Shown here: positions 9,880 through 18,037 of the stretch, piece by piece
How the letters are laid out: every line of letters starts with the position of its first letter
How positions within the stretch are numbered: the first letter of the stretch is position 1
Notes under the pieces: generated by a model
What the model was told of the DNA's origin: nothing
Database searches by the model: none
What the model saw: the letters and a program-made list of their open reading frames with translations, nothing else
DNA from: Minisyncoccota bacterium
Lineage (GTDB): Bacteria; Patescibacteriota; Minisyncoccia; Phycocordibacterales; UBA918
DNA: 64,000 bases
NCBI GenBank assembly: GCA_041389025.1
Contig: JAWKSP010000001.1
Coordinates: 478,663 to 542,662 of the forward strand
Reading direction: 5' to 3'
Translations under genes and position numbers: made by a program

Positions 9880-10320
9880 TTACCAACCGAGTTTATTTGT
9901 CTCAGTATGTAAAAAAAATAGATTTTTAGCTTTGGTAACAGAATCAGGCTGGATACGAGATTTTTTAAGTTTCGTTTTTGTTGGGTCTGTCACCTCTTCT
10001 ATAGCAAAAACATTTAACATTTCTGAATAAACTAATAGTTTGTCATCATGGTCGCATATCCAACGAAGAACTGTTGTTTCTGGACAATCTTGTTGTATGT
10101 TTTCTAATCTATTTTCAAGATCTGCAAGTGCATCTAAAACACAAGGGTAATTAAATTTAGGAAATTGAATTACAAGATATTTTTTACACAACACTTGCAG
10201 TTCTTTTGTGTTACTGTAAGTTGCTTTTTTTCCGCTCACAAAGGTTAATAGGTCTCGTACCTTGTTATCGGTATAACCATGCATGGCATACAAAACTGTT
10301 AGAAAGTCGAATTTCTTCAT
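9880..10320 (-). CDS. Hypothetical cytoplasmic protein (146 aa)
   Basis: Clean ORF with normal composition; no recognisable motif. Confidence 0.45.
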   Translation of the reverse strand: MKKFDFLTVLYAMHGYTDNKVRDLLTFVSGKKATYSNTKELQVLCKKYLVIQFPKFNYPCVLDALADLENRLENIQQDCPETTVLRWICDHDDKLLVYSEMLNVFAIEEVTDPTKTKLKKSRIQPDSVTKAKNLFFLHTETNKLGW

Positions 10321-10404
10321 TCCAAATCCTCCCTTTTAATGATCAGCTGAAAATATAATACAACATTTACTTTATTGAGTCAAACAAATTGTGCGCGAAA
10401 CGGT

Positions 10405-11379
10405 TTATTGTGGGCTATTTATAAACTTTTTATTTATATTAACCGAAGCGTAAGCTAATCCAATAAAAATAAAACCAAGAATCACAAGAGAAATCGGCCA
10501 ACCAAGTGAGTCTGAAAAATATTGATCGGTTATATAAGTAAAATGAGCGATTAAGAAAAATGTTCCAACTGCTAATATGCTGGTGCTTTTCATATAAACT
10601 GATAAATATAAAACAGCAAAAACTAGTAAGAAATAAAATAATTCCCAAAAACCAGAGTCGTATACTCGGGTGAAAGCAGCACCTAAGAGTCCTGTACTAC
10701 CAAAAAAGTACAAAAGGACCAAGAGCTTTTTATTCCAAGTATCTTTAAACGAATGAGCTAGAAGTAAATACGATGCTCCAACTGCCATAGTTAGGTAAGC
10801 GTAAAAATCATCATGTTTATAAAATGGTCCATCGAGTATTGCTTCAGCTAATAAGTAAATAAAGGTAGTTCCATTTGCAATAGCAAAGAAAGTCAACACC
10901 GCGTGCTTGTGGTATTGATTTAAAAGTAAATAAAAGATAAAAATAGTTCCAAAAGCAAAGACGACCGGCCATACTGATGTAAGATCTATATTCATTTCGT
11001 CTAGTAACACCAATGAACCGCTTGGTATCAACACGCCACCAATAAAATGAAAAATCGGTCCAATATGATCGTTGGGTTTTTGGTTTAATAACATTGAACC
11101 TAGACCAGTAAATAGTAAACCTAGACCCAAAGTGACAAAAATGTGCCCAAATGAGCCAAGATCATCCCAGATTTGGACAACAAATATCACTAAACCAATA
11201 ACAGCCACCACTGATCCTAAGATATAAAGCATTTTAGTAACCGAAAAACTAGACTTATGACTAGATGATTCTTGGGTGTTTGAGGTTGGTAGATCGAGTG
11301 AGGTAAGTATCTCCTGAGAAGTAATCTCACCACTATTTAGCTTTTCTTTCAGTTCATAAAATAATTCTTCTTTTTGCAT
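10405..11379 (-). CDS. Hypothetical polytopic membrane protein (~8 TM) with a cytoplasmic N-terminal ~50 aa
   Basis: Long run of hydrophobic helices; 324 aa. Confidence 0.55.
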   Translation of the reverse strand: MQKEELFYELKEKLNSGEITSQEILTSLDLPTSNTQESSSHKSSFSVTKMLYILGSVVAVIGLVIFVVQIWDDLGSFGHIFVTLGLGLLFTGLGSMLLNQKPNDHIGPIFHFIGGVLIPSGSLVLLDEMNIDLTSVWPVVFAFGTIFIFYLLLNQYHKHAVLTFFAIANGTTFIYLLAEAILDGPFYKHDDFYAYLTMAVGASYLLLAHSFKDTWNKKLLVLLYFFGSTGLLGAAFTRVYDSGFWELFYFLLVFAVLYLSVYMKSTSILAVGTFFLIAHFTYITDQYFSDSLGWPISLVILGFIFIGLAYASVNINKKFINSPQ

Positions 11380-11393
11380 ATTGATTTTTTATT

Positions 11394-11990
11394 TTAACTT
11401 CTCCCTGGAAGTACCCAGCCAATAAATTGGAAGTTATTATTATACCTGTAGTAATAACGATCAGAACTATTTATTAAGTTTAATTTGTCTCGCTTATTAC
11501 CCTTAACTAAGTAATAACCATAGTTTGATCCGGTGTCAAAAAATAAGAAGTAATCAGCTCCATTGTCATAGTTATTGGAAATAGTGACTCCGTCTGGTGA
11601 GGTTAGAAGTTTGTTTAAGTTCAGCTTCTGAGCTTCTTCAAGAGTAATTTCTCTACTTTCGTTATTAAGGGTGTCGTGTAAAAAGATGCGGTTGGTGTAA
11701 TTTTCTTTTACATCTGGAACTCCGTCTTTGTCACTGTCTTGGTTTGGGTCTATATAATTATTAACTACTAATTTCCCATCAACGACAGTGTATAATTTTT
11801 TAAAATAATTATTACAATAGTCATAGGAATAATAATTAGTACCGTCAGTACAAACTGAGTAAATAAAATTATAGTTGGTAGACAAAAAAAGTGAGGGTAG
11901 GTAGGTGCTTAAGGCTACAATAATTATTAAAACAACTGGTAAAGTAAAAGCTGTAACCAAAGCCCAATTTTTCTTTAGTGATTCTTTCAT
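11394..11990 (-). CDS. Hypothetical secreted or anchored protein, Tyr/Asn-rich
   Basis: N-terminal signal anchor (LVTAFTLPVVLIIIVALSTYL); beta-rich Y/N/D composition. Likely co-transcribed with 10405..11379. Confidence 0.5.
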   Translation of the reverse strand: MKESLKKNWALVTAFTLPVVLIIIVALSTYLPSLFLSTNYNFIYSVCTDGTNYYSYDYCNNYFKKLYTVVDGKLVVNNYIDPNQDSDKDGVPDVKENYTNRIFLHDTLNNESREITLEEAQKLNLNKLLTSPDGVTISNNYDNGADYFLFFDTGSNYGYYLVKGNKRDKLNLINSSDRYYYRYNNNFQFIGWVLPGRS

Positions 11991-12051
11991 ATTGTTAAAA
12001 TTATAGCATAATTATAGCATAATCAAATTCTGATGGGTTATAATCTTTACT

Positions 12052-13866
12052 ATGAAATTAAATTCTGTCTTGCAAAAAGCTTTTAAGAAAACTAAGGATA
12101 AACTCAAAAAACATCGTAAAGAAATTGGTAAAAATCTTTTATACTTAAGCTCTTTATTGTTAATCGCCATGATTGTTATTGGGTTTAAATTGTTTTACCC
12201 GTATGAATTTTTTGTTGCTTTGATTTTCTTAACTTTGATTTTACAAAGAATTTTTAAGCTTATTTTACTAAGTAAAAACACCATAACACAATCCAAAGCA
12301 TTTTCATTAATTAGAAAAATTAGTTTTAAGTATAAAAAGACAGTATTTTTACTACTGTTTTTAATTTTACTTTTCTATGTCTTGCTCAAGGTTTTACCTC
12401 AAGATAACCGACCTTTTGCAGATATGAATGAAGAAAAGGTTGCGGAATTAGTTGACACTAGTTTAGATATATCTGCCTTGGATTTGGATTATTTGGAAAT
12501 TACTGCTAACACCCTGCTTGAAGGTGGTCTTTTGGACAAGGATGAATTAACCGCTGATGAGGTTCTAAAACTACATAGTGATTGGAATGAGTTTTTAAGG
12601 GCAATAAAACAATCTGAAGACCTAACCGATATTCATCGTTATTTTGGTCAAATATCGTATTTTTCAACACCAGAAGCTCATACCAAGTCTTTCTTTATTG
12701 CTTATACTTTGTATTTGAAAAAGTATGAAATGGTGCAAAAGGTAATTGCTAGAGTTGATAACAACGAAAGAGTTTTAAAATCCTTAAATGAATATTCAGA
12801 AGTTTATGGAGCAAAAAATTCTTTTTACAATATTCAATCACTATTAGTTAATAGAGATACACTTTTACGCAGAAATCTTGGTCGTTTATACGGAATATTC
12901 TTGTTAAAAACGATCGATACGTCAGATTTTGGTGAGGATTTTAACGCTTTGGTACGTTCTGGTAATAATAGTCATGATTATCTACTTAAAAACTCTAAAC
13001 AGACGGTCAAGATATATACCTATAAGCTTAGTAGTGATGTAGAAAGTGGGTTGTTTAATAGTTGGTTTCCAATTCAGAAAAATGTGGCTGATGTGATGGG
13101 TAAGATTGAGTTATCTACAAGAAATGAGACTTTTATTACAAGAGAACAAATAGCAGATATGAAACCAAGTTTGCAACCAGGGGATATTTTTGTGCAAAGA
13201 CGCAATTGGCATTTGAGTAATGTTGGTATTCCAGGGTTTTGGCCACACGCTGCTTTGTATTTGGGAACTTTAGAGGAAGCTGATAAATTCTTTGCGCCGT
13301 CATTCCCTTATCAAGGTTATGAGACATACAATGATCTTTTAAAAAATGTTTATCCTGATTTTTATGAGGACTATATAATGCGTGACACCAAAGGTGATCA
13401 ATTGGCGGTAATAGAAGGTAAGGCTCCAGGAATTATTCTCCAATCTTTAGAAGAATCAGCGACGGCAGATTATTTAGGAGTTTTACGGGCTAAAAAATTA
13501 GAAAATAAAGATATTTTACAAGCTGTACTTAGAGCGATTGGTAATTATGGTAAACCATATGATTATAATTTTGACTTTGAGACCAGAGATGAGTTGGTTT
13601 GTTCAGAATTGGTCTATGATGCTTATCTACCGTCTGAAGGGAAGAGTGGGCTTCATTTTGACCTAACTATTTCTTCTGGTCGAAAAATAGTCTCACCAAA
13701 CGATATGGTAAAAAAGTTTTATGAGGAACGGGGAATAGTAGATCAAGAATTAGAATTTGTTTACTTTATTGATGGCAATGAAGAGTTGAAAAACGCTACT
13801 CCAAAGTATGAAAACGCCTTTATGACCAGTTGGACTAGATCAAAGTTCTCTTCGTTGCAGGAGTAA
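12052..13866 (+). CDS. Membrane-anchored protein with a C-terminal YiiX/YebB-like permuted papain-fold (NlpC/P60 superfamily) amidase domain
   Basis: N-terminal TM helices. C-terminal region with an ELVCSELVYDAY catalytic-Cys motif plus GxxxH/D elements characteristic of the YiiX family. Confidence 0.55.
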   Translation: MKLNSVLQKAFKKTKDKLKKHRKEIGKNLLYLSSLLLIAMIVIGFKLFYPYEFFVALIFLTLILQRIFKLILLSKNTITQSKAFSLIRKISFKYKKTVFLLLFLILLFYVLLKVLPQDNRPFADMNEEKVAELVDTSLDISALDLDYLEITANTLLEGGLLDKDELTADEVLKLHSDWNEFLRAIKQSEDLTDIHRYFGQISYFSTPEAHTKSFFIAYTLYLKKYEMVQKVIARVDNNERVLKSLNEYSEVYGAKNSFYNIQSLLVNRDTLLRRNLGRLYGIFLLKTIDTSDFGEDFNALVRSGNNSHDYLLKNSKQTVKIYTYKLSSDVESGLFNSWFPIQKNVADVMGKIELSTRNETFITREQIADMKPSLQPGDIFVQRRNWHLSNVGIPGFWPHAALYLGTLEEADKFFAPSFPYQGYETYNDLLKNVYPDFYEDYIMRDTKGDQLAVIEGKAPGIILQSLEESATADYLGVLRAKKLENKDILQAVLRAIGNYGKPYDYNFDFETRDELVCSELVYDAYLPSEGKSGLHFDLTISSGRKIVSPNDMVKKFYEERGIVDQELEFVYFIDGNEELKNATPKYENAFMTSWTRSKFSSLQE

Positions 13867-13928
13867 GGTTAAATTACAGAAAGCCCTTACCTTCGGTCAC
13901 CAAAAACTAGCTAAACGCTAGTTTATTT

Positions 13929-13948
13929 TGGTGCCCTCGGCAGGAATC
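13929..13948 (-). repeat. Orphan 20-nt copy of the tRNA-Arg 3' end (T-loop to CCA)
   Basis: GATTCCTGCCGAGGGCACCA on the minus strand, identical to 14055..14074 of the intact tRNA 108 bp away. Confidence 0.6.
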
Positions 13949-14054
13949 CCTTTAAGGCCGGAGAAATGCTCGTAAACATCGCTTTTCTCTTCGATTCCTG
14001 ACGAAAGCAAAATTATTTGCTTTCTCCTCAGGCACCATTAAAAATTCTTTTTAA

Positions 14055-14129
14055 TGGTGCCCTCGGCAGGAATCGAACCCACATTTCCTCCTTAGGACGG
14101 AGTAGTTCTATCCATTGAACTACGAGGGC
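14055..14129 (-). tRNA. tRNA-Arg (anticodon CCU)
   Basis: Minus strand GCCCTCGTAGTTCAATGGATAGAACTACTCCGTCCTAAGGAGGAAATGTGGGTTCGATTCCTGCCGAGGGCACCA. Cloverleaf folds with a 7-bp acceptor, D arm GTTC/GAAC, anticodon loop GUCCUAA, T-loop TTCGATT and encoded CCA. Confidence 0.8.
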
Positions 14130-14286
14130 ATGTAATAATATTTGCACAGAGTTCGATTCCAACGGAATCGATTCTTACAGAATCTGTACAGGTTGTCGGT
14201 ATTTTACTTCCTAACGTCGTAAAATACCAGTCAACCTTCTTCGACAGTCTACTTAAGACTGTCTCAGCCCACACGTCCTCCTGATA

Positions 14287-14320
14287 GACGGAGTAGTTCT
14301 ATCCATTGAACTACGAGGGC
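14287..14320 (-). repeat. Orphan 34-nt copy of the tRNA-Arg 5' half (acceptor through anticodon-loop position 34)
   Basis: GCCCTCGTAGTTCAATGGATAGAACTACTCCGTC is identical to the first 34 nt of the intact tRNA-Arg and then diverges (TATCAGGAGGACG...). No complete cloverleaf. Confidence 0.6.
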
Positions 14321-14390
14321 TGTCTGAAATGTTTTTGTACTTTATCATAATCTGGGAAAATTGGCAGGGGATTGTTATACTTACTAGACT

Positions 14391-14690
14391 ATGTCTACAT
14401 ATCAAGATAATGATGAAAATGAAATTAAAGATTTAATCAAAGAAAACCAGCGTTTACTGATTGAAAATAATCAACTTCTGAGACAGATGCGCCGCCACTC
14501 CATCATTGGGGCAATCTTCCGTTTTTTATGGTTTGTCTTAGTGATAAGTATTCCTGTTTATATCTACTTTCAGTATGTTCAACCAAACTGGGAAAATTTA
14601 ACTACAAAAATCAATGAATTAGAACAAACTTCAGCTGAGGTGGGGGAGATTAAGGAGTGGTTTAACTCACTTAATTTGCGACCTAGGTAA
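14391..14690 (+). CDS. Hypothetical small membrane protein (coiled-coil N-terminus, one TM)
   Basis: 99-aa ORF between the tRNA genes with a hydrophobic segment (IIGAIFRFLWFVLVISIPVYIYF). No clear Shine-Dalgarno. Confidence 0.4.
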   Translation: MSTYQDNDENEIKDLIKENQRLLIENNQLLRQMRRHSIIGAIFRFLWFVLVISIPVYIYFQYVQPNWENLTTKINELEQTSAEVGEIKEWFNSLNLRPR

Positions 14691-14774
14691 GCTTAAGTAA
14701 CATAGATAAATGTTTTAAACGGTTGAAATAAATGCTTAAACAGGCTAGAATAGCCTGCACAGTAATAAAGAAAA

Positions 14775-14850
14775 GCTTGGGTAGCTCAGTTGGTAGAGCG
14801 CTTCCCTGAAGAGGAAGATGTCGTCGGTTCGAGCCCGACCCCAAGCACCA
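14775..14850 (+). tRNA. tRNA-Phe (anticodon GAA)
   Basis: GCTTGGGTAGCTCAGTTGGTAGAGCGCTTCCCTGAAGAGGAAGATGTCGTCGGTTCGAGCCCGACCCCAAGCACCA. Canonical cloverleaf with encoded CCA. Confidence 0.88.
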
Positions 14851-14899
14851 GTATATAAAATGCCTCCACATGGAGGTGTTTTATATACTGGTGCTTGGG
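14840..14899. repeat. 21-bp perfect inverted repeat containing the tRNA-Phe 3' end, flanking a GC hairpin (probable terminator)
   Basis: cccaagcaccagtatataaaa ... (gcctccacatggaggt) ... ttttatatactggtgcttggg. Confidence 0.55.
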
Positions 14900-15029
14900 A
14901 AGAAAGGTGTTAATACACCTTTCGTTCGGGCTCGCACCACAAGAGTATTTCCATTTTTATACTTCTTTCAGTCGTTAAAAATTAGGTCAAAAGCGCAGTC
15001 ATGTCGCACGGAGCGGAGCGAGTACGACA

Positions 15030-16470
15030 GACGAGCTGGCTATGAAAAAGCTGTGAACAACTAAAATATTAAGTTTTCTAACCCTTTCTATTTTTTGATA
15101 AGATATTATGAGAGACTTTGGCAACACGAAGGTAATCAAGTATCCTTCACACTTGGTTTCGTAACCCATGCGGCTATCCGTGCTAAAAAGCACAAGGTGT
15201 CATACGTATTACGGGGTCTCAATCGGGGTCACGGTGTCACAGCACCACCCTCGCTACGAGATCTCCACTCTTCGTGTTGCCAGAATCTCCCATATCAGAA
15301 AAGGTCCGAAAGGGCTCTTTTCTTTTAACCAGATACCACATGATAGTGAGCATCTTTCGAGCTAAAGCAACCCGAGCCACCTTAGAACCCTTTTTATCTT
15401 TGATTCTCGAATAGAATGTATATAACCTACCGGCTGAAGGTCTGATCTGACAGGCTGCTTCCACCATAATAGATCGCAGAAACGGTGAGCCTTTTCTGGT
15501 AATGTGTCCAAATCGCAACTTCCCTCCAGAAGAATGAGATGAGGATACTAATCCAGCGTAACTCGCTAACTGTTCTGGAGTCTTGAATCTTTCAAAATCT
15601 CCAACTTCAGCAATAATGGTTAGAGCGGTTAGTTCAGCTACACCAGGTATACTCATCAATACCTTGGCACGTTCATCTATTTTAGCTTTTGATTTGATAA
15701 TAACATCAAGTTCTTTGACTTCACTATTCACAAAATCAATGGTTTTTATTAATGATTCAACCTCTTTTTTATATAACTTATGGAAAACCTGATTCTTGAT
15801 CCAGAGTTGTCCTTGTTTTCCAAACAGGTCAGTAACAGGACTTTCTAAACCATGTTTCCAGAGAATGCTATGGACTCGATTCTTAGTTCTGGTTCGTAAA
15901 CGAATATAGAACATTCGCCAACGTACCAACTCACGCAGGTCTCTAACAGCCGGTGGTGCTAGGTATGCAGTGGCGATAAAATCTATACGAAGTAGTTCAG
16001 CGATAATTTCCGAGTCAACCTTATCGTGTTTAAGTCGACTTGCTGCAATAAGTTTAGTCTTAGCCGGATCTATCAGTTTAACTGTTATTCCAGTACTCTC
16101 CAGTACTTCAGCAAACCAACCCCATTGTGATACCGGTTCAATTCCGGCACATACTTTACTTATATTGATTGGTATCTGTTTTAGAGTAATAAGAGTATCT
16201 TGTTTGGTGGTTGGTACCTTACCTTGAAAAATTCTATTCTTATTTGAATCAATAAGTGTCCAATATCCGAAGGATTTATGCAGATCAATTCCTAAATAAT
16301 ATTCATTCATAGTACTAGTGTTACATTAATAATAATCAACTATTAATATCGACCTATGTATAGGCTAGCACTTTTTCATGACATCGGGGTCGAGAGTACT
16401 TAGTAAAATATAAGCTTGCGAAATATTTTACTTAGTAACTCGTGACCGAATCCTACCGCCGGAGCTAGAC
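15030..16470 (-). mobile_element. IS110-family insertion sequence; boundaries approximate
   Basis: Contains a DEDD-type IS110 transposase flanked by ~200 bp 5' and 3' non-coding regions. Both flanks end in cggagc-containing sequence (15018-15030 cggagcggagcgag; 16456-16468 ccgccggagc). No terminal inverted repeats, as expected for this family. Confidence 0.6.
15237..16310 (-). CDS. IS110-family transposase/recombinase (DEDD RuvC-like N-domain + C-terminal Transposase_20 domain)
   Basis: N-terminus MNEYYLGIDLHKSFGYWTL (GIDxxK). SIPGVAELTALTIIAEVGDFERFKTPEQLASYAGLV helix-hairpin-helix motif typical of IS110/IS902/IS1111 transposases. Confidence 0.85.
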   Translation of the reverse strand: MNEYYLGIDLHKSFGYWTLIDSNKNRIFQGKVPTTKQDTLITLKQIPINISKVCAGIEPVSQWGWFAEVLESTGITVKLIDPAKTKLIAASRLKHDKVDSEIIAELLRIDFIATAYLAPPAVRDLRELVRWRMFYIRLRTRTKNRVHSILWKHGLESPVTDLFGKQGQLWIKNQVFHKLYKKEVESLIKTIDFVNSEVKELDVIIKSKAKIDERAKVLMSIPGVAELTALTIIAEVGDFERFKTPEQLASYAGLVSSSHSSGGKLRFGHITRKGSPFLRSIMVEAACQIRPSAGRLYTFYSRIKDKKGSKVARVALARKMLTIMWYLVKRKEPFRTFSDMGDSGNTKSGDLVARVVL

Positions 16471-16500
16471 AAATTAAGTTTTTTATGATTTAATCAGGGT
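16311..16500 (-). ncRNA. Candidate IS110 5' non-coding (bridge-RNA-like) region; unverified
   Basis: 190-nt non-coding leader upstream of the recombinase gene with a 15-bp near-perfect stem (tacttagtaaaatat / atattttacttagta). In characterised IS110-group elements this position encodes the bridge RNA. Confidence 0.2.
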
Positions 16501-16535
16501 TGATTTCCATTTTCTAAATAAGAAGGAGGTGTACC

Positions 16536-17150
16536 TTGGAAATAATTAATTGGATAGTTATATCCACCATAATCCTACTGGTTTGGATAGTTAATTACAG
16601 TGTACTTGCCTGGAAACGGGAAGTATATCCAAATCCTGTGAGTTGGTTCGTATGGACTGTAGTTGGCTTAGCCCTTTTTCTCACTGCCGAAGCATCTGAA
16701 GCAAAAGAAGTTTACTTTGCTACAATTATTTCAGCAGCAGGTCCTGCTATAATACTTGTTATTATTCTCCTTCGTGAGACAAACAGAATCTACAGCTTAT
16801 CATTACGTGAAAAATTATGTCTCACATTCGCACTTATAGGATATAGTTTATGGTTTATTTTAGGAGAAAACCCTGAATTAGCTCAATGGTCACTGTACTG
16901 GATGATTTGTGTTGATTTTATAGCACTTTGGCCTACACTTGAGCAAGCAATTAAAAAACCAGAATCTGACAAGCCTATTCCATGGATAATATTCGGTCTT
17001 GGTTACGGTATAACTGGATTAGCAATCATAGACCATACTGTGGCAAACTGGGCATTACCAGCCTATATGTTTGCAGGCTCATTGGCGGTAGCAATACCTC
17101 TGGTATTAATAAGGATAAAGAAAAGAGTCTTACTTAAAGAATGGTGGTAA
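16536..17150 (+). CDS. Hypothetical 6-TM membrane protein
   Basis: TTG start preceded by a strong SD (aagaaggaggtg). 204 aa, mostly hydrophobic helices. Confidence 0.55.
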   Translation: MEIINWIVISTIILLVWIVNYSVLAWKREVYPNPVSWFVWTVVGLALFLTAEASEAKEVYFATIISAAGPAIILVIILLRETNRIYSLSLREKLCLTFALIGYSLWFILGENPELAQWSLYWMICVDFIALWPTLEQAIKKPESDKPIPWIIFGLGYGITGLAIIDHTVANWALPAYMFAGSLAVAIPLVLIRIKKRVLLKEWW

Positions 17151-17216
17151 AAGCCGCACCCTAGAAAACCAAATCTACGGAGGCGGTTTTCTTTTTTATA
17201 CCATATTCCCCACCAC

Positions 17217-17247
17217 ACAAGTTCGAACACCCTCCACCCAGCGGAGC
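17217..17247 (+). repeat. 31-bp direct repeat, copy 1 (acaagttcgaacaccctccacccagcggagc), immediately followed by a TTGACA -35 box
   Basis: 30/31 identical to 18442..18472. Part of a CCAGCGGAGC-core repeat family that also occurs at 17786-17798 (degenerate), 17841-17852 (inverted) and 17955-17973, and resembles the IS110 left-flank sequence 16451-16468. Confidence 0.6.
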
Positions 17248-17335
17248 TTGACATAGAACTAATTTGAGTGTTTAATGACACCCAAGCAAACACGGGTGTG
17301 TTTGCATTTGTTCTACTCAAAATCGGAGGTATCCA

Positions 17336-17623
17336 ATGGCAGTCAGTCAGGAAGTCAAGGATTTCAAAAACCCGTCTGGGTACTGGAAGCACGATGGTTC
17401 CTTCTCGGTCGAGCTGGTGCCAGATGCGGACAAAAGCATGGTGCCAACCTCGGCAGAAATCAGGGGCGACACCGTGCACGTCTGTCACGGACGTATCAAG
17501 CAAACGATGGGGAGTATCCAGCTCTATTCCTACGAATCCCAGTTCTGCTGGGGCTATCCTCGCATCAAGGTCATCCGAGATGGTCAGGGCAAGCTGTTGT
17601 GGGTGAACTACAACTACCGCTGA
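17336..17623 (+). CDS. Hypothetical 95-aa protein encoded in a GC-rich (~54% GC) segment; likely horizontally acquired
   Basis: Consensus-like promoter (TTGACA-17-TTTAAT at 17248-17276) and SD (ggaggt) precede the ATG. Normal amino-acid composition. Followed by a GC-rich hairpin terminator. Confidence 0.5.
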   Translation: MAVSQEVKDFKNPSGYWKHDGSFSVELVPDADKSMVPTSAEIRGDTVHVCHGRIKQTMGSIQLYSYESQFCWGYPRIKVIRDGQGKLLWVNYNYR

Positions 17624-17764
17624 GTACACTGCACTCGCTCGTAAGAAGTCGTTCGCTTCTCGCGGGCGATTTCTTTTTTACACACTCAAGTTCTGAACCA
17701 CTCTATTTTCAAACAAACCCAAAATACCACTTTGTTCTAATTCACGTTGTATACGAACCCAATT

Positions 17765-17840
17765 TACAGTTCTGAACGCGTCCAGCTGAGGGAGCATATA
17801 AAATCTTAGTCATGTGAAAGCGTGGCTTTTGATTTTAATG
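17765..17840 (+). repeat. ~75-nt repeat unit, copy B (degenerate 5' part; 3' part ggagcatataaaatcttagtca...gcgtggcttttg shared with 18463-18520)
   Basis: cagttctgaacgcgtccagctgagggagcatataaaatcttagtcatgtgaaagcgtggcttttg aligns with caagttcgaacatcctccacccagcggagcatataaaatcttaatcacgcccttgcgtggcttttg. Confidence 0.45.
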
Positions 17841-18037
17841 CTCCGCTGGAGAAAGTGCCCTGCGACACTTTCGTTAGGATTCGAAAAGCGCTTTGAGGTA
17901 TTTTAGAGCTTGCGAACAAAATATCCAAACACTGCACCGTCCATGTAATGGAAGAATCCTACCAGCGGAGCAAATATTGACAAGATTACTTTTATACTGT
18001 ATGCTATAAAAGTTGTTACTTAATTTCGAGGTGAACT

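Noticed and set aside
13867-14054. Possible second tRNA-like gene downstream of tRNA-Arg (5' GGTGCCTGAGG ... 3' GGGATTCCTGCCGAGGGCACCA)
   Set aside because: Only the 3' 20 nt match a tRNA; the 5' arm does not form a proper acceptor stem and the interior lacks D or anticodon arms. Retained only as a repeat fragment.
14130-14286. Possible group I intron in tRNA-Arg (the 5' half copy at 14287-14320 as an upstream exon)
   Set aside because: The internal tRNA-Arg is contiguous and complete by itself. The 157-nt spacer is too short and lacks recognisable P3-P7 core elements, so it was treated as an orphan tRNA fragment instead.
14683-15193. Small ORFs overlapping tRNA-Phe and the IS110 3' region (62-64 aa)
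   Set aside because: They overlap a tRNA gene and its hairpin or the IS non-coding end; no start signals.
17063-17775. Long overlapping ORFs on both strands (188 aa minus; 112 and 166 aa plus) in the GC-rich block
   Set aside because: GC-rich DNA gives stop-free frames by chance. The products are Arg/Ser/Gly-biased, one overlaps the 3' end of the upstream membrane-protein gene, and only the 17336..17623 frame has a promoter, SD and protein-like composition.
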